Positions 27,955 through 38,215 are shown, numbered from the stretch's first letter. The stretch: 64,000 bases of DNA from Candidatus Uhrbacteria bacterium (GCA_016215325.1 JACRJV010000026.1:31955-95954), one strand, 5' to 3'. The notes: generated from the sequence alone by a model not told the origin. A program made the numbers and translations.

Positions 27955-28683
27955 CTATTGCGCAATCTCGCTGGCAGTGACAATCGCTTCGGCAACTTCC
28001 TTCAGGCTCTTGCGTAAATCCATACTCTTCTTAAGCAGGAGTTGGTGCGCTTGCGGTTCGGTGAGGGAATACTCTCGCATGAGGATCCCCTTGGCGCGTT
28101 CAATAACTTTGCGCAATTCCAAGGCATCTTTGAGCGTGTTGGTTTCGGAAGACAATCGTGCCATTTCGATCGCCCCCGCCACTTGCCGAGCGATAATTTC
28201 CAAAAATGCAATGGTCTCTTTCGAGTAGCCATGCCGCCTCCGGTGCTGAATATTAATCACTCCAACAACGCGCTTCTGATCTAAAATAGGGATGGAACAA
28301 ATGGCCTCGTACCGATCTTCGGGCAGTGCGGTAAAGACCTTAAACCGATCATCCTGGTAGGCGCGGGCGCCGAGTGCCACCGCCTGTTGATGTTCGGCCA
28401 CCCACCCGGTGATCCCCTCGCCTTTCTTGAGTTGGATGTGACCCAAGACACGCGCGTGCGGGTTCTGCGATGCTTCGAGCACAAGTATGTCCTCGCGCAG
28501 AAGATAAATAAAGCAGGAATCCGCCTGCACGTAGGCATTAACCACGCGGATAATCGAATCGAGCACGTCTTTGAGCGTCCGATCCCAGCGGTACGCGATG
28601 GTTTCACTGATGGCGCGTAATATGGCAATCTCCTTTTCCCGCTGTTTGAGCTTTGCTTTATAATACCCAATGTCTTTGGTCAT
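27955..28683 (-). CDS. GAF and ANTAR domain-containing RNA-binding antiterminator-type regulator
   Basis: N-terminal GAF; C-terminal ANTAR helix pattern ERAKGILMREYSLTEPQAHQLLLKKSMDLRKSL. Confidence 0.8.
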   Translation of the reverse strand: MTKDIGYYKAKLKQREKEIAILRAISETIAYRWDRTLKDVLDSIIRVVNAYVQADSCFIYLLREDILVLEASQNPHARVLGHIQLKKGEGITGWVAEHQQAVALGARAYQDDRFKVFTALPEDRYEAICSIPILDQKRVVGVINIQHRRRHGYSKETIAFLEIIARQVAGAIEMARLSSETNTLKDALELRKVIERAKGILMREYSLTEPQAHQLLLKKSMDLRKSLKEVAEAIVTASEIAQ

Positions 28684-28698
28684 AAGGATGGACGATAG

Positions 28699-28720
28699 TT
28701 GAAAGAGTTTGTGGTATACT
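28699..28720 (+). promoter_or_regulatory. extended -10 promoter candidate (TGgTATACT) for the M23 peptidase gene
   Basis: tgtggtatact at 28710-28720. No well-spaced -35. Confidence 0.3.
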
Positions 28721-28750
28721 GTACTCTACCATATCATCTTTTGTCCACCT

Positions 28751-29413
28751 ATGCGCCGTTTGATTATTATCCTCCCACTGCTGCTCATTGCCCTCACCAC
28801 GGTGGCCGTTGGCCGATGGGACCGGAACACACTCGGGCCAACAGTTGATACAAACGCACCTGCCCAAGAACCGCAGAATGATGCTTCGGTCGCTCAAGAA
28901 CAACGCCAGGCGATCATCGCATCGCCACTACCGAGCGCCTATTACCGGGTAACAAAAAAACCGTTTGGGATCTTCGTATCCCCCAAGAAATCACCGGTGA
29001 ACCCCGAACGCTTCACCGGGTATCACACCGGGGTCGATTTCGAGACAGGCCCCAGCGAACAACAGTTTGACCTGCCTGTATCAGCGATTTGCACCGGGAA
29101 TATTCTCGCAATGCGTGCTGTCAGCGGCTATGGTGGCGTCGTGGTACAGGCATGCCGGATCCAAGAACAAGACGTCACGGTAGTATACGGTCACTTAAGG
29201 CTTTCGAGTATCAACGGGTCTGTCGGAGAGTCGCTTGAGCGCGCGCAACCATTTGGGGTATTGGGAGCGGGGTTGACTGCCGAGACCGATAAGGAGCGTA
29301 AACATTTACATCTCGCCATTCACAAAGGCACCGCCATCAACACGGCGGGGTACGTTTCAACGGCATCGCAACTCAGCGATTGGATCGATGCGCAAGGATG
29401 GCTGGAACCGTAA
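28751..29413 (+). CDS. M23 family metallopeptidase (LytM-like), secreted (ORF from 28709)
   Basis: HTGVDF (HxxxD) and HLHLAIH (HxH) zinc motifs. N-terminus MRRLIIILPLLLIALTTVAVG is a signal peptide. Confidence 0.75.
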   Translation: MRRLIIILPLLLIALTTVAVGRWDRNTLGPTVDTNAPAQEPQNDASVAQEQRQAIIASPLPSAYYRVTKKPFGIFVSPKKSPVNPERFTGYHTGVDFETGPSEQQFDLPVSAICTGNILAMRAVSGYGGVVVQACRIQEQDVTVVYGHLRLSSINGSVGESLERAQPFGVLGAGLTAETDKERKHLHLAIHKGTAINTAGYVSTASQLSDWIDAQGWLEP

Positions 29414-29457
29414 TCTTGTTGTAATGGAATCAAGGATGAACGGTCTATAGTACTGAT

Positions 29458-30288
29458 ATGGCACACACATTCCAAAAACATAACGTGTATCCGTCGTTAA
29501 CGCTATTACTGCTGGCAACCGCCATGATCGGGGGCGCTATTGTGATGTTATCACGCGAGCATCTCCCAATCGGCCAATCAGACGAATCACAACCGACCAC
29601 AGCCGCTCCTTCTTCTCCAGAACAACCTTCTACCAATTCGCCGGCACCAGCAGATGATTCCAAGACGTCGGCATTGCTCACCCGCCCGCCAAAAAATTCC
29701 GCACAAGAACAAATCCGCATTACTGTACCATTCTTTTCTCAAGCGCCCTACGGGCAATGGGATGATCCTCGGCACCAAGATGGATGCGAAGAAGCCTCCG
29801 CGATTATGGCGGTCGCCTGGGCACAGCAAAAATCGTGGACAACGCAACAAGCCAATACTCTCATCGAAGAGATCGCCGCCTATCAAGAGAGGAACTTTGG
29901 CAATTACCATGACACGTCCGTAGAAGATACGGCAGAGCGCATTCTCAAGGGCTATTTTACATTCTCGAATTTTGAGGTGCAATCGAATGTCACCGTCACC
30001 GATATCCGCACCGCGCTTGAGGCCGGCAATATTGTGATTATTCCGGCGGACGGTAAAAAACTAAAAAATCCCTATTTTACCAATGGGGGTCCAGAACGGC
30101 ATATGTTAGTCGTTATCGGCTACAACCCGTCGACCAACCAATTTATTACCAATGATCCGGGCACGCGCCATGGCGCAGGGTATCGCTACTCCTCTGCCAC
30201 AATTCAAGCGGCGATCCGAGACTATCCCAGTGGATATCACGAACCGATCACCTCGCTTCCGACGGCGATGATCGTGGTGCATCGATGA
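29458..30288 (+). CDS. C39-like (papain-fold) peptidase domain protein, exported
   Basis: DGCEEASAIMAVAW resembles the C39 catalytic Cys motif; N-terminal TM/signal. Confidence 0.5.
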   Translation: MAHTFQKHNVYPSLTLLLLATAMIGGAIVMLSREHLPIGQSDESQPTTAAPSSPEQPSTNSPAPADDSKTSALLTRPPKNSAQEQIRITVPFFSQAPYGQWDDPRHQDGCEEASAIMAVAWAQQKSWTTQQANTLIEEIAAYQERNFGNYHDTSVEDTAERILKGYFTFSNFEVQSNVTVTDIRTALEAGNIVIIPADGKKLKNPYFTNGGPERHMLVVIGYNPSTNQFITNDPGTRHGAGYRYSSATIQAAIRDYPSGYHEPITSLPTAMIVVHR

Positions 30289-30295
30289 TCAATGA

Positions 30296-30952
30296 CTACG
30301 AACGCCTCTTCAATCCTAAATTATTAATCGTAATGGCAATGCCCGGCGGAAGCTTGGCTCCAAAGAAGCTGGCTTCGGTAAAATTTGTTGTCTCTGTGAC
30401 TGTCGCTTGCGACAAATCCGCTCCTTCAAAATTACATCCACGGCAATCCGCTGCGCTCAAATCCGCATACCGCAAATTGGCATTGCTAAAATCGCTTCCA
30501 CCCACAACCGCTCGGGAAAAATTCGCTTCCTGAAAGTTAGCATTGCGCCAATCCCTGCATAGATTCCATTCTCTGCTATAATCGGCAAACTGCGCTTGCG
30601 CGGGCGGCGGTGCGTCTTCCCCGCGCCGATCCCGAAGTGGAGTGATGTTGGGGACTTGGCTGCGCATCGCTTGCTCGAATTCTTCCCGAATGCGAATCAG
30701 CTCTGGGATTACCGCATCCGTGAGATCGACCGGATGCTGTTTGTGGAGGTCTTCCATAACCCGTCCAATATCGAGATCGCGTTGCCGGATGGCTGGGGGG
30801 TCTGCCTCGGACTTCTGGCGATTGCTCCGATCCATCCGACGTCGTGCAATAAACCGTTGGCGCGCCATATAAAAACTCGGCTCGCTCTTTTTTTTATCAG
30901 AAGGCGCTTGTTCACGTGGGGCATTGCCAAGTTCCCCAAATTGCTCACTCAT
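30296..30952 (-). CDS. pentapeptide repeat-containing protein
   Basis: C-terminal NFQEANFSRAVVGGSDFSNANLRYADLSAADCRGCNFEGADLSQATV are tandem A(D/N)LxX pentapeptides. Confidence 0.7.
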   Translation of the reverse strand: MSEQFGELGNAPREQAPSDKKKSEPSFYMARQRFIARRRMDRSNRQKSEADPPAIRQRDLDIGRVMEDLHKQHPVDLTDAVIPELIRIREEFEQAMRSQVPNITPLRDRRGEDAPPPAQAQFADYSREWNLCRDWRNANFQEANFSRAVVGGSDFSNANLRYADLSAADCRGCNFEGADLSQATVTETTNFTEASFFGAKLPPGIAITINNLGLKRRS

Positions 30953-30958
30953 AAACGA

Positions 30959-31507
30959 TTATTGGACAGGTTGATAAATTTTGCGAAATTGATAGTTGGA
31001 TATCCGGGAGTACCCTTGCTGACTGATCATTGATAAAAAAATGCGATCCCAATCATTGGGTGTAATGGCATCGCTCGGATTTTTCTCAACAATGTGCGTT
31101 ACTGCTTTCTTCCGTTTGGTTGAAAGGTCCTGAAGGAACGGAAAAAGAGACTGGTACAGCACACGGCCGAGACCACGGGGAAGCTTTTTGTGATTATCGA
31201 ATCGCTCGATGCTGGTGCTCACCTCTACCATCGTATCGTTGATAACATCAATAGCCACAAACAGTTCGACCATTGCATCACCCACCCCGATTGCAAAGGT
31301 AAAGGATTCGGACTCACGAGATCCTTGGCGTTTTTTGTGGATGCCAATGAGCGAACAATCAATGTCGTGCAGCCGGAGCGGACGGTGCGCGTATGCGACT
31401 TCCTTAACCTCCGAATTCGGAATGGATCCAAACGGCCATTGGCGCGCCGTATCATGAACGGAATGGATGCGATCCATTACTTCTGGTCGCTGCGTGCTCC
31501 AATCCAA
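30959..31507 (-). CDS. hypothetical protein
   Basis: 182-aa ORF; no clear motif. Confidence 0.4.
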   Translation of the reverse strand: MDWSTQRPEVMDRIHSVHDTARQWPFGSIPNSEVKEVAYAHRPLRLHDIDCSLIGIHKKRQGSRESESFTFAIGVGDAMVELFVAIDVINDTMVEVSTSIERFDNHKKLPRGLGRVLYQSLFPFLQDLSTKRKKAVTHIVEKNPSDAITPNDWDRIFLSMISQQGYSRISNYQFRKIYQPVQ

Positions 31508-31575
31508 CGTTATAAAATCAACGGGCCGTGCGTCGGGGATGTTTGGGATTTCAGACTTTTATGCCATACACACCG

Positions 31576-32034
31576 TCACTTCTTACGGCTCAACTGCAGT
31601 TCTAATTCTTCAATTTTATGGGCCACATCAACAAGCTCTTGTCGGATTTCGCCGATAGCACCGGCTTCGGTGCGATTTTCTCCTTCAATTTTTTTGCTTA
31701 ATTGTTTTTCGCCCCGCAACCCGGCCAATATTATTTCATTGCCAATAAAACTCGATACAAACGACCCCGACAACAACAAAATCACAAAACCCACAATCAT
31801 CGATACTGGCCCATCCCACCAAGGGGTAATCGTCCAGTCGATCGAGGATTGCGCATTGTTCGTCACTTGACTGATATACAAATGGAAGAAATCAACCGAA
31901 TGCCAAATCCCGCGCCAAAACAAAATAATCCCAGTGCCGGCGATGATGGCATAGAGCACGGGGTAATGACTCAAAAACCCTTGGAGGCGGTGTTCAACCC
32001 GTCGGATCGTTGCGTTCATCATAATACATCCCAA
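31576..32034 (-). CDS. hypothetical membrane protein
   Basis: 152 aa with two or three TM helices and a C-terminal coiled coil. Confidence 0.45.
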   Translation of the reverse strand: MGCIMMNATIRRVEHRLQGFLSHYPVLYAIIAGTGIILFWRGIWHSVDFFHLYISQVTNNAQSSIDWTITPWWDGPVSMIVGFVILLLSGSFVSSFIGNEIILAGLRGEKQLSKKIEGENRTEAGAIGEIRQELVDVAHKIEELELQLSRKK

Positions 32035-32112
32035 TTGTATGTCGAATTTTCCTGTCTGACAACGGGGTATTTAACGCTACGCACTATAGTCTACCCCATC
32101 GATACATTTAAT

Positions 32113-32145
32113 AAAAATACTTCAGTATCGCACTGAAGTATTTTT
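32113..32145 (-). terminator. intrinsic terminator downstream of tRNA-Asn (13-bp perfect stem aaaatacttcagt / actgaagtatttt, 5-nt loop, U-run)
   Basis: Read directly. It lies immediately 3' of the tRNA on the minus strand and is followed by TTTTTATT. Confidence 0.55.
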
Positions 32146-32146
32146 A

Positions 32147-32221
32147 TGGCTCCGGGGGTGGGATTCGAACCCACGACCAAGAGATTAACAGTCTCCTGCG
32201 CTACCGCTGCGCTACCCCGGA
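32147..32221 (-). tRNA. tRNA-Asn (anticodon GUU)
   Basis: Cloverleaf with 7-bp acceptor stem tccgggg/ccccgga, anticodon loop cuGUUaa, T-loop GGTTCGAATCC, 3' discriminator G plus CCA. Confidence 0.85.
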
Positions 32222-32287
32222 ATACTAATGCAGTGTATAGTCTAGCCTTAATGAAATGAATGGTCAACAGTTTTAATAGTCCCTGTT

Positions 32288-33607
32288 TTAATAGTCTCGA
32301 AGCTTTTCGATGCCTTCGTAACGCTTAATTTTTTCTAACGACTTGGCCTCGATTTGTCGAATACGTTCGCGGGTGACGCCGAATTCTTGGCCGACTTCTT
32401 CCAACGTATGTGTAACGCCATCCACCAGCCCAAACCGCATTTCCAAAATTTTCTGCTCTCGTGGAGTCAATCCCCGGATCGCGTCCTGCACGTAGCCGCG
32501 CAAGAGTTGGAGTTGCGCCGCGCGGTCAGGGGTAACGCTCCGGACGTCCTCGATAAAATCCTCGAGCGTCGAATCTTCCTCATCCTCCCCAACCGATGTT
32601 TCCAACGAAACGGTATCTTGGCTGATCTTGATGATGTAGTGGATTTTTTCGATCGGCTCGCTCATTTCCGCCGCAATTTCCTCCGGCAATGGCTCACGAC
32701 CCAGGTCTTGGATAAGCTGCCGTTCAATCTGCTGGAACTTATTGATTGTCTCCACCATGTGTACGGGGATGCGGATCGTCCGGCTCTGGTCGGCCAATGC
32801 CCGCGTAATCGCCTGCCGGATCCACCACGTGGCGTATGTCGAAAACTTGTAGCCTTTCCGGTATTCAAATTTCTCCACCGCGCGGAACAACCCAATATTG
32901 CCCTCTTGGATCAAGTCGAGCAACGATAACGATTTGCCCACGAACTTTTTGGCAATCGACACCACCAAACGGAGGTTCGCTTCAATCAATTTCTTTTCGG
33001 CCTCTCGCTCCCCTCGCTCCTTGCGTTTGGCTAATTGTATTTCCTCCTCGCCGGTCAACAGCGGGACTTTGCCGATTTCGCGCAAATACATCTGGATAGA
33101 ATCCTGTGCAATCTCGCCCAAATTAAAATTCATGATCTCTTCGTCTTCTTCCTTCTTTGCAACGCCCCCTCCCGCAGCACTCCGATGCCGCCGCGTATGC
33201 GAGGCGGGCTTGGCCGGCTCGGGCTTGGGTGCCAAGCTCACATTCACATTAATAAATCCGGTCGATTCCACCACCCGCGCCCCCATCCGGTCCACCTGAT
33301 CAAGGATATCTTCTGCGATGGACACGTATTCTTCCAGGTACGGGAGCGTATTCATGAGCTCTGTCTCGGTAATAAAGTTGCGCTGTCGCGCTTTATTAAT
33401 CAGAGCATCCAGCTCTTCTTTCGCCGGCGGCAAAATTTTCTCGACAACTTCTTTTTCTTTGGGCCTACTACGGATCGAGTGCTTACCCTTGTGAACACGT
33501 GGGCGCGAAAATTTTTTTGCTCGCGCGTTCACGCGGGAACGACGCGCCGGTTTACGCGCGACCTTCTTGATTTTACGCTTGCCGTGTTTTTTCTTTTTTT
33601 GTGCCAT
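32288..33607 (-). CDS. rpoD: RNA polymerase sigma-70 factor RpoD (ORF track starts at an alternative TTG at 33667; ATG MAQKKKK at 33607 is likely)
   Basis: Regions 1.2 to 4: [24 protein letters not shown] and [29 protein letters not shown]. Confidence 0.9.
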   Translation of the reverse strand: MAQKKKKHGKRKIKKVARKPARRSRVNARAKKFSRPRVHKGKHSIRSRPKEKEVVEKILPPAKEELDALINKARQRNFITETELMNTLPYLEEYVSIAEDILDQVDRMGARVVESTGFINVNVSLAPKPEPAKPASHTRRHRSAAGGGVAKKEEDEEIMNFNLGEIAQDSIQMYLREIGKVPLLTGEEEIQLAKRKERGEREAEKKLIEANLRLVVSIAKKFVGKSLSLLDLIQEGNIGLFRAVEKFEYRKGYKFSTYATWWIRQAITRALADQSRTIRIPVHMVETINKFQQIERQLIQDLGREPLPEEIAAEMSEPIEKIHYIIKISQDTVSLETSVGEDEEDSTLEDFIEDVRSVTPDRAAQLQLLRGYVQDAIRGLTPREQKILEMRFGLVDGVTHTLEEVGQEFGVTRERIRQIEAKSLEKIKRYEGIEKLRDY

Positions 33608-33617
33608 AGATGCATCA

Positions 33618-35450
33618 TCATGCCGGGTGAGCGGAAAGCTCCCGTGTGAGTTGTACTGCGCGCTCAAGTAACGTATTCAAATGGTCAGTTTCTGCCGGCG
33701 GTTGACCGGAATGCTCAATTGCATTCAACTCTCTTTGAATCCGCTCTAATTCCTGCTGAAAATACCGGCGGCGGATAAGCCGCGCCAGGCGCTCAAGCTC
33801 GCGCGTTCGATCGACGATTTCAAGATGATGGTACAACTCCTCCGCGGCTGTGATGACGCGGGCGTACAATGGAGTTCCTTGGGGTATTTGTTCCATCTGC
33901 CCTTGCGGCTCCTGTGTCCCATACCATGCCCGAAACTCTTCCTGGCTTAACATTGTTGGCTCAACAATGCGTTTAACGGCACCCGAAAATTCTGGCCCAA
34001 GTAGCAATAACAATCCCATAAACGCGTGCTCAATGTCAAGGGATGCACGGTCTGCCTTCTGGGGATAATTGTCCTTTGGTCCGGCCGCGGCGGCAGAAAC
34101 CGCGGGCAGGCGAATCGATTGGATCCATTGCACGATCGCAGGTTGGGAATATCCCAGCGTATCGGCCAATGTTTTAATCCAAAATGATTGTTCCAACGGG
34201 TTTTTGATTTGGGCCAAAATGGGTAAAAATTCTTTCCCAATCTTTTCTTGCGTCGGCAATGCAGAAACATCCAACCCCTGTGTTACCCGCTGCCACAGTA
34301 CCTCCACAAATGGCCGGAATTGCGCGGACACCTGCTTCCAAACGCCCGCATCATTGCGGATACACTCGTCGGCGTCTTTGCCCAGCCCTTCGGGGATGGT
34401 GAGCATGCCGATCTTGAACTCCGACCGAAGCAGCAGCTCAATCCCCCGTTTGGCCGCTGCAGCGCCAGCCAAATCCATGTCAAAACTAAGGACCACGCGC
34501 TGCGTAAACCGCTTGAGCAATTGGAGATGTTCCAGAGTGAGCGCCGTGCCGCAGGTGGCAACTGCGTTGGCGACCCCTGCCTGGTGCGACGCAATCACAT
34601 CCATGTACCCCTCCAAGATGATCACGCTATTGGCAGAACGGATGGCCATCTTTGCCTGATCGATCCCATACAATACCGTCCGCTTATCATAGAGGATAGT
34701 TTGCGGCGTATTCATGTACTTTGCTTCCTCCACAACAGCGCGGGTGTTGGGCGTTGCGGCGGCCGCGCTGGGCAGAATCCTCCCGCCAAAGCCCACCAAC
34801 ATCCCCCGCGCGTCGCGGATCGGGAACATGATGCGGCCCCGGAACCGGTCGTAATAGGGTGTGGGGAAATTGCCGCGACTGCCAGCCGGGCGTTCGATCA
34901 CCAGCCCGCTGTCCAAAATATCAACGGGATCAAGCTGTTGGACACTCAAATATTGCGATAGATTATCCCAACCACTGGGTGCATACCCCACTTGCCACGC
35001 CCCAAGGGTCTCGGGCTGAATCGCCCGGGTGCCGGTCATATACTCCCATGCCAGGCGATTATTGGCGGGCTGTAATTGTTGCTGGTACCATTGGAATGCC
35101 GTTTCTAACACCCTGGTAACACGCTCTTTTTTACTGGCGCTTGCTCCGGCAGATTGGCGTTCTGGCAGTGTGACGCCCGCTTTTTGGGCCAACATCTTGA
35201 GCGCTTCGGGGAATTCGATATTTTCGATTTTCATCACAAACGAAAAATGATCCCCGCCTTCGCTGCAGCCAAAGCAGTGCCACACCTGCTTGGTCTGGCT
35301 AACCATAAAGGAGGGACTCTTTTCTTCGTGGAAGGGACAGCGCGCTTTCCAGCTACTTCCTGCCTGTGCCAGGGTGCCCACATATTCGCGGATAAGCTCC
35401 ACGATATCCAGCCGGGATTTAATTTCTTCGGTCGGAGTCATACAGTTCAC
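33618..35450 (-). CDS. dnaG: DNA primase
   Basis: N-terminal zinc-binding [30 protein letters not shown] and the TOPRIM motif EGYMDVIA. Confidence 0.9.
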   Translation of the reverse strand: MNCMTPTEEIKSRLDIVELIREYVGTLAQAGSSWKARCPFHEEKSPSFMVSQTKQVWHCFGCSEGGDHFSFVMKIENIEFPEALKMLAQKAGVTLPERQSAGASASKKERVTRVLETAFQWYQQQLQPANNRLAWEYMTGTRAIQPETLGAWQVGYAPSGWDNLSQYLSVQQLDPVDILDSGLVIERPAGSRGNFPTPYYDRFRGRIMFPIRDARGMLVGFGGRILPSAAAATPNTRAVVEEAKYMNTPQTILYDKRTVLYGIDQAKMAIRSANSVIILEGYMDVIASHQAGVANAVATCGTALTLEHLQLLKRFTQRVVLSFDMDLAGAAAAKRGIELLLRSEFKIGMLTIPEGLGKDADECIRNDAGVWKQVSAQFRPFVEVLWQRVTQGLDVSALPTQEKIGKEFLPILAQIKNPLEQSFWIKTLADTLGYSQPAIVQWIQSIRLPAVSAAAAGPKDNYPQKADRASLDIEHAFMGLLLLLGPEFSGAVKRIVEPTMLSQEEFRAWYGTQEPQGQMEQIPQGTPLYARVITAAEELYHHLEIVDRTRELERLARLIRRRYFQQELERIQRELNAIEHSGQPPAETDHLNTLLERAVQLTRELSAHPA

Positions 35451-36484
35451 CTCCGCTGGACGGTAATATGAAAATGTCCCCTATGGCCAGGGGGTTTACC
35501 ATTGGGCCATACTTCGGCTCCAGCCCCGCTCCTGCCGACGCCATTGACGGTATTATAATTAAACTCATTGAGGGCCGGATCATCAATAATAATTTGAGTG
35601 ATATGGAGACGTTCACGATTTGCATAATAGAACGCCGCAATTCGACGTGCCTCTTCTCCATTGGATGGTTTGTCAATATCAAGACCGCGGCCGTTGCCAT
35701 CCGTATCGGCGTGAGGTGACGCACCAGCGCCCCCAACCTGTTGTGAATCATGACCGCCGACAATGGATTGGACATCTACTGGTATTCCCGCCGCAACTGT
35801 TGCGTTGAGGACCTCGCAAATATATGGACTCACGTTGATTCTCCGCCCGTCAAAACGACTGGTAATGACACCACTCGATAGCTCCCTTGCATCATTGGGC
35901 TGCACAAAATGCAGCCCTGCTCTTTCGATGAGGTCCTTACATTCTTGCGAAACCGCACCCACCGTCGGGGTCCCGGGGGGTACTTGAGTCTGTGGTGATG
36001 CCTGACTGGTCGCCCCAGTAAGGCCGGAGGTATAATCCTGAGCCGTTCCGCCTTCGGCTTCCGTGATCCCTACTTTTGGGATGTCAACCTTCTGCTGCTT
36101 TGTCACCTCGGGGAATTTAATTGCAACGGTTTTAGTTAAATCGGGGTTAATGGCATTCAGCAGCAACACGGCCCCGAGCGCTAATCCAAGCCCAACGATG
36201 GCGCCCCACATAATCTCGCTGGATTCCTCCACCTTGCCGCTGTCACCGCCGGCGGTAATGCGCTGAAGCCCAGCCCATAAAATCATGACGATCGCCGCAA
36301 CCCCTGCGACCTTTGTACCAAAATCCACGATATCCACAACAAGATCGCCAATGCTGTTTTCAGTAATGTTAGAGAGTTCTACCTTAAAATCGGATGAAGT
36401 AAACCGCGAAGCGGTTGCGCCAACACTAAACGGGAGGATCAACAAAATCCCCACCAATGGAATGGAACAAAGGAATTTTTTCAT
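35447..36484 (-). CDS. secreted T4SS-pilin-like (VirB2/TrbC-type) N-terminal module fused to an M15/LAS-like zinc peptidase domain
   Basis: Signal peptide, then two hydrophobic helices around QRITAGGDSGKVEESSEIMWGA (VirB2-like). C-terminal SPHADTDGNGRGLDID and RGHFHITV resemble the VanY/M15 motifs (SxHxxGxAxD, EPWHF). Confidence 0.55.
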   Translation of the reverse strand: MKKFLCSIPLVGILLILPFSVGATASRFTSSDFKVELSNITENSIGDLVVDIVDFGTKVAGVAAIVMILWAGLQRITAGGDSGKVEESSEIMWGAIVGLGLALGAVLLLNAINPDLTKTVAIKFPEVTKQQKVDIPKVGITEAEGGTAQDYTSGLTGATSQASPQTQVPPGTPTVGAVSQECKDLIERAGLHFVQPNDARELSSGVITSRFDGRRINVSPYICEVLNATVAAGIPVDVQSIVGGHDSQQVGGAGASPHADTDGNGRGLDIDKPSNGEEARRIAAFYYANRERLHITQIIIDDPALNEFNYNTVNGVGRSGAGAEVWPNGKPPGHRGHFHITVQRR

Positions 36485-36559
36485 GCGTCCTTACTTTACC
36501 ACAAAAATAGTGGCTTTGACGAGTGTGGATGAGGCTGAGCAAATCAAGAAATCACTCAA

Positions 36560-37570
36560 TTAATACGGATCGATCGGGCGAATCGGTGGCGACCCGTCTA
36601 AAACCGTGATTGTCATTCCTGAATTATCTGGTTGCCGGCCATCAAATGTCCGTGCCTGAGGATCCCCATTGGATGTATCAGAGGGAATGTCGATATTATT
36701 TGGATTGCCCTGGAAGTCTCCGCCGGTATCATGGAAATAAACGTAGAAGTCCCGCGCCTCATGCGCTTGGTTCTGATTATTCACCCACTTTCTAACATTA
36801 ACCTTGGCCCATTTCCCAAATAACGGCGAGTCCCTTCCGACTGCGCCAGAAACATAGTTACACTCCCCGCGATACAACATTTCTAATGTACAGACCCCCT
36901 CCTTACCTGCAGCCGGTGGTGTGGCAGAATTGCCTATCCTTCCCTCCGTTGTCGCCGGTCCATCACCATCAACAGGCCAGTAATGCGTAACTCGATAGGG
37001 TTTCCCATCCGCAGCATTTGTTGAAATCGCCTCCCCCCATTCCCCGGCTCGACCCCCTCGGATATTGCGAGCGCCTCCTCCACTGCCACCACCACCAATG
37101 CGACTGACTGGTTTTATCCCCACCTCTGGTTTTTTTGCCTCAATCGAATTCTTGACCTCCGGGAACTTAATAGGCCCAAGCAATGTCAGGTCCGGATTGA
37201 TGGTATTCAGTATCAGAACACTGCTTAACGCAATGCCCAGGCCGATGATCGCCTCCCACATCATGTCCCCGCTTGTTTTGACGCGATCCGCATTGCCCGC
37301 GGCCACAACCCTTGTAATACCGGCGATGATAATCATCACCAGCGCCGTCACACCGGCTACTGGCACTAAAAACGTAACTAACCCCTCAATCAAATTTGCG
37401 ACCCCATTGCCGCTTTCATCCACCAGGTCGGTGAGTTTAAGATTGGGATTGTTAAAATCGATCTTGGAAACCGATTGTGCCCAGACAAAGCTGGGAATGG
37501 CCAGGAGCCAGGTTCCAGTGGCCAGGGCGATACGGTGGGGACGACGCATACAAAAAATCCCAAATGCCAA
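36560..37570 (-). CDS. secreted T4SS-pilin-like N-terminal module fused to a 3D (MltA/Rpf-like) domain; paralogue of 35447..36484 (start may be 37549)
   Basis: The N-terminal module is alignable with the neighbour (VAGVTALVMIIIAGITRVVAAGNADRVKTSGDMMWEAIIGLGIALSSVLILNTINPDL). C-terminal AVGRDSPLFGKWAKVNV ... DTGGDF ... IDI is the 3D-domain signature. Confidence 0.6.
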   Translation of the reverse strand: MAFGIFCMRRPHRIALATGTWLLAIPSFVWAQSVSKIDFNNPNLKLTDLVDESGNGVANLIEGLVTFLVPVAGVTALVMIIIAGITRVVAAGNADRVKTSGDMMWEAIIGLGIALSSVLILNTINPDLTLLGPIKFPEVKNSIEAKKPEVGIKPVSRIGGGGSGGGARNIRGGRAGEWGEAISTNAADGKPYRVTHYWPVDGDGPATTEGRIGNSATPPAAGKEGVCTLEMLYRGECNYVSGAVGRDSPLFGKWAKVNVRKWVNNQNQAHEARDFYVYFHDTGGDFQGNPNNIDIPSDTSNGDPQARTFDGRQPDNSGMTITVLDGSPPIRPIDPY

Positions 37571-37660
37571 TTCCTAATTTCTAATGTCCGCCAAGGGCGG
37601 AGCAGCCTTTGGCTGGAAATGCATCTACACCAACATTTTATATTCCAAATTGCGCATTTA

Positions 37661-38107
37661 TCATTCCACATTCAACATTCCAATCTGCTCCACAAACTTC
37701 CGACCTGTCTCAAAAAAATTATATTTCGATAACTCTGCTTTTGGAACCCAGCGCACATCGTTGATCTCTTCTTCCAAGCATGTGGGTTCCCCGCCCACAT
37801 ACCGACACCGGAAACACACCAAGTGGATCTGGACATGACGCTCGCCAAAATCCCAGGTATGGCTCACCGGGCGTGGGAACAATTCCAATGGCTCTACATC
37901 CACCCCAAGCTCTTCTTTGAGCTCCCGCACGCAAGTCTGCTCCAATGTTTCGCCAAAATGGTTGGTGCCGCCCGGGAATTCCCACACCAAGTGAACCGCG
38001 GGGTTAGTCGGCTCATTGCGCTGGCTTAACAACACCTTCCCGTCGTGTTCAACATAGCCAAGGACAACCAGGATTTGCTGTTGTTGCATATGTATTGAGA
38101 CGACCAA
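37661..38107 (-). CDS. NUDIX hydrolase
   Basis: Nudix box GGTNHFGETLEQTCVRELKEELG. Confidence 0.8.
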   Translation of the reverse strand: MVVSIHMQQQQILVVLGYVEHDGKVLLSQRNEPTNPAVHLVWEFPGGTNHFGETLEQTCVRELKEELGVDVEPLELFPRPVSHTWDFGERHVQIHLVCFRCRYVGGEPTCLEEEINDVRWVPKAELSKYNFFETGRKFVEQIGMLNVE

Positions 38108-38131
38108 TCGTCACGAACCTCGGGGAATATT

Positions 38132-38180
38132 GATTTTTAAGCCGAGCACTGTTCGAGGCAAGTTTCTCGGCCAAAAATCA
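38132..38180. repeat. 49-bp imperfect palindrome between the pckA stop and the Nudix gene start
   Basis: gatttttaagccgag...ctcggccaaaaatc. The arms are reverse complements apart from 2-3 positions. Confidence 0.45.
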
Positions 38181-38215
38181 GAATTCCACGGGGTTCGCGT
38201 AGTAAACAACTGACA

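Noticed and set aside
33608-33667. N-terminal extension of rpoD to 33667 (ORF-track start)
   Set aside because: The codon at 33667 is TTG, and the extension overlaps the dnaG 3' end by 50 nt. The ATG at 33607 (MAQKKKK) gives a canonical arrangement.
37588-37600. Small hairpin ccgcc-aag-ggcgg upstream of the second pilin-fusion gene, considered as a terminator for the Nudix gene
   Set aside because: No U-run follows on the transcribed strand, and the 5-bp stem is short.
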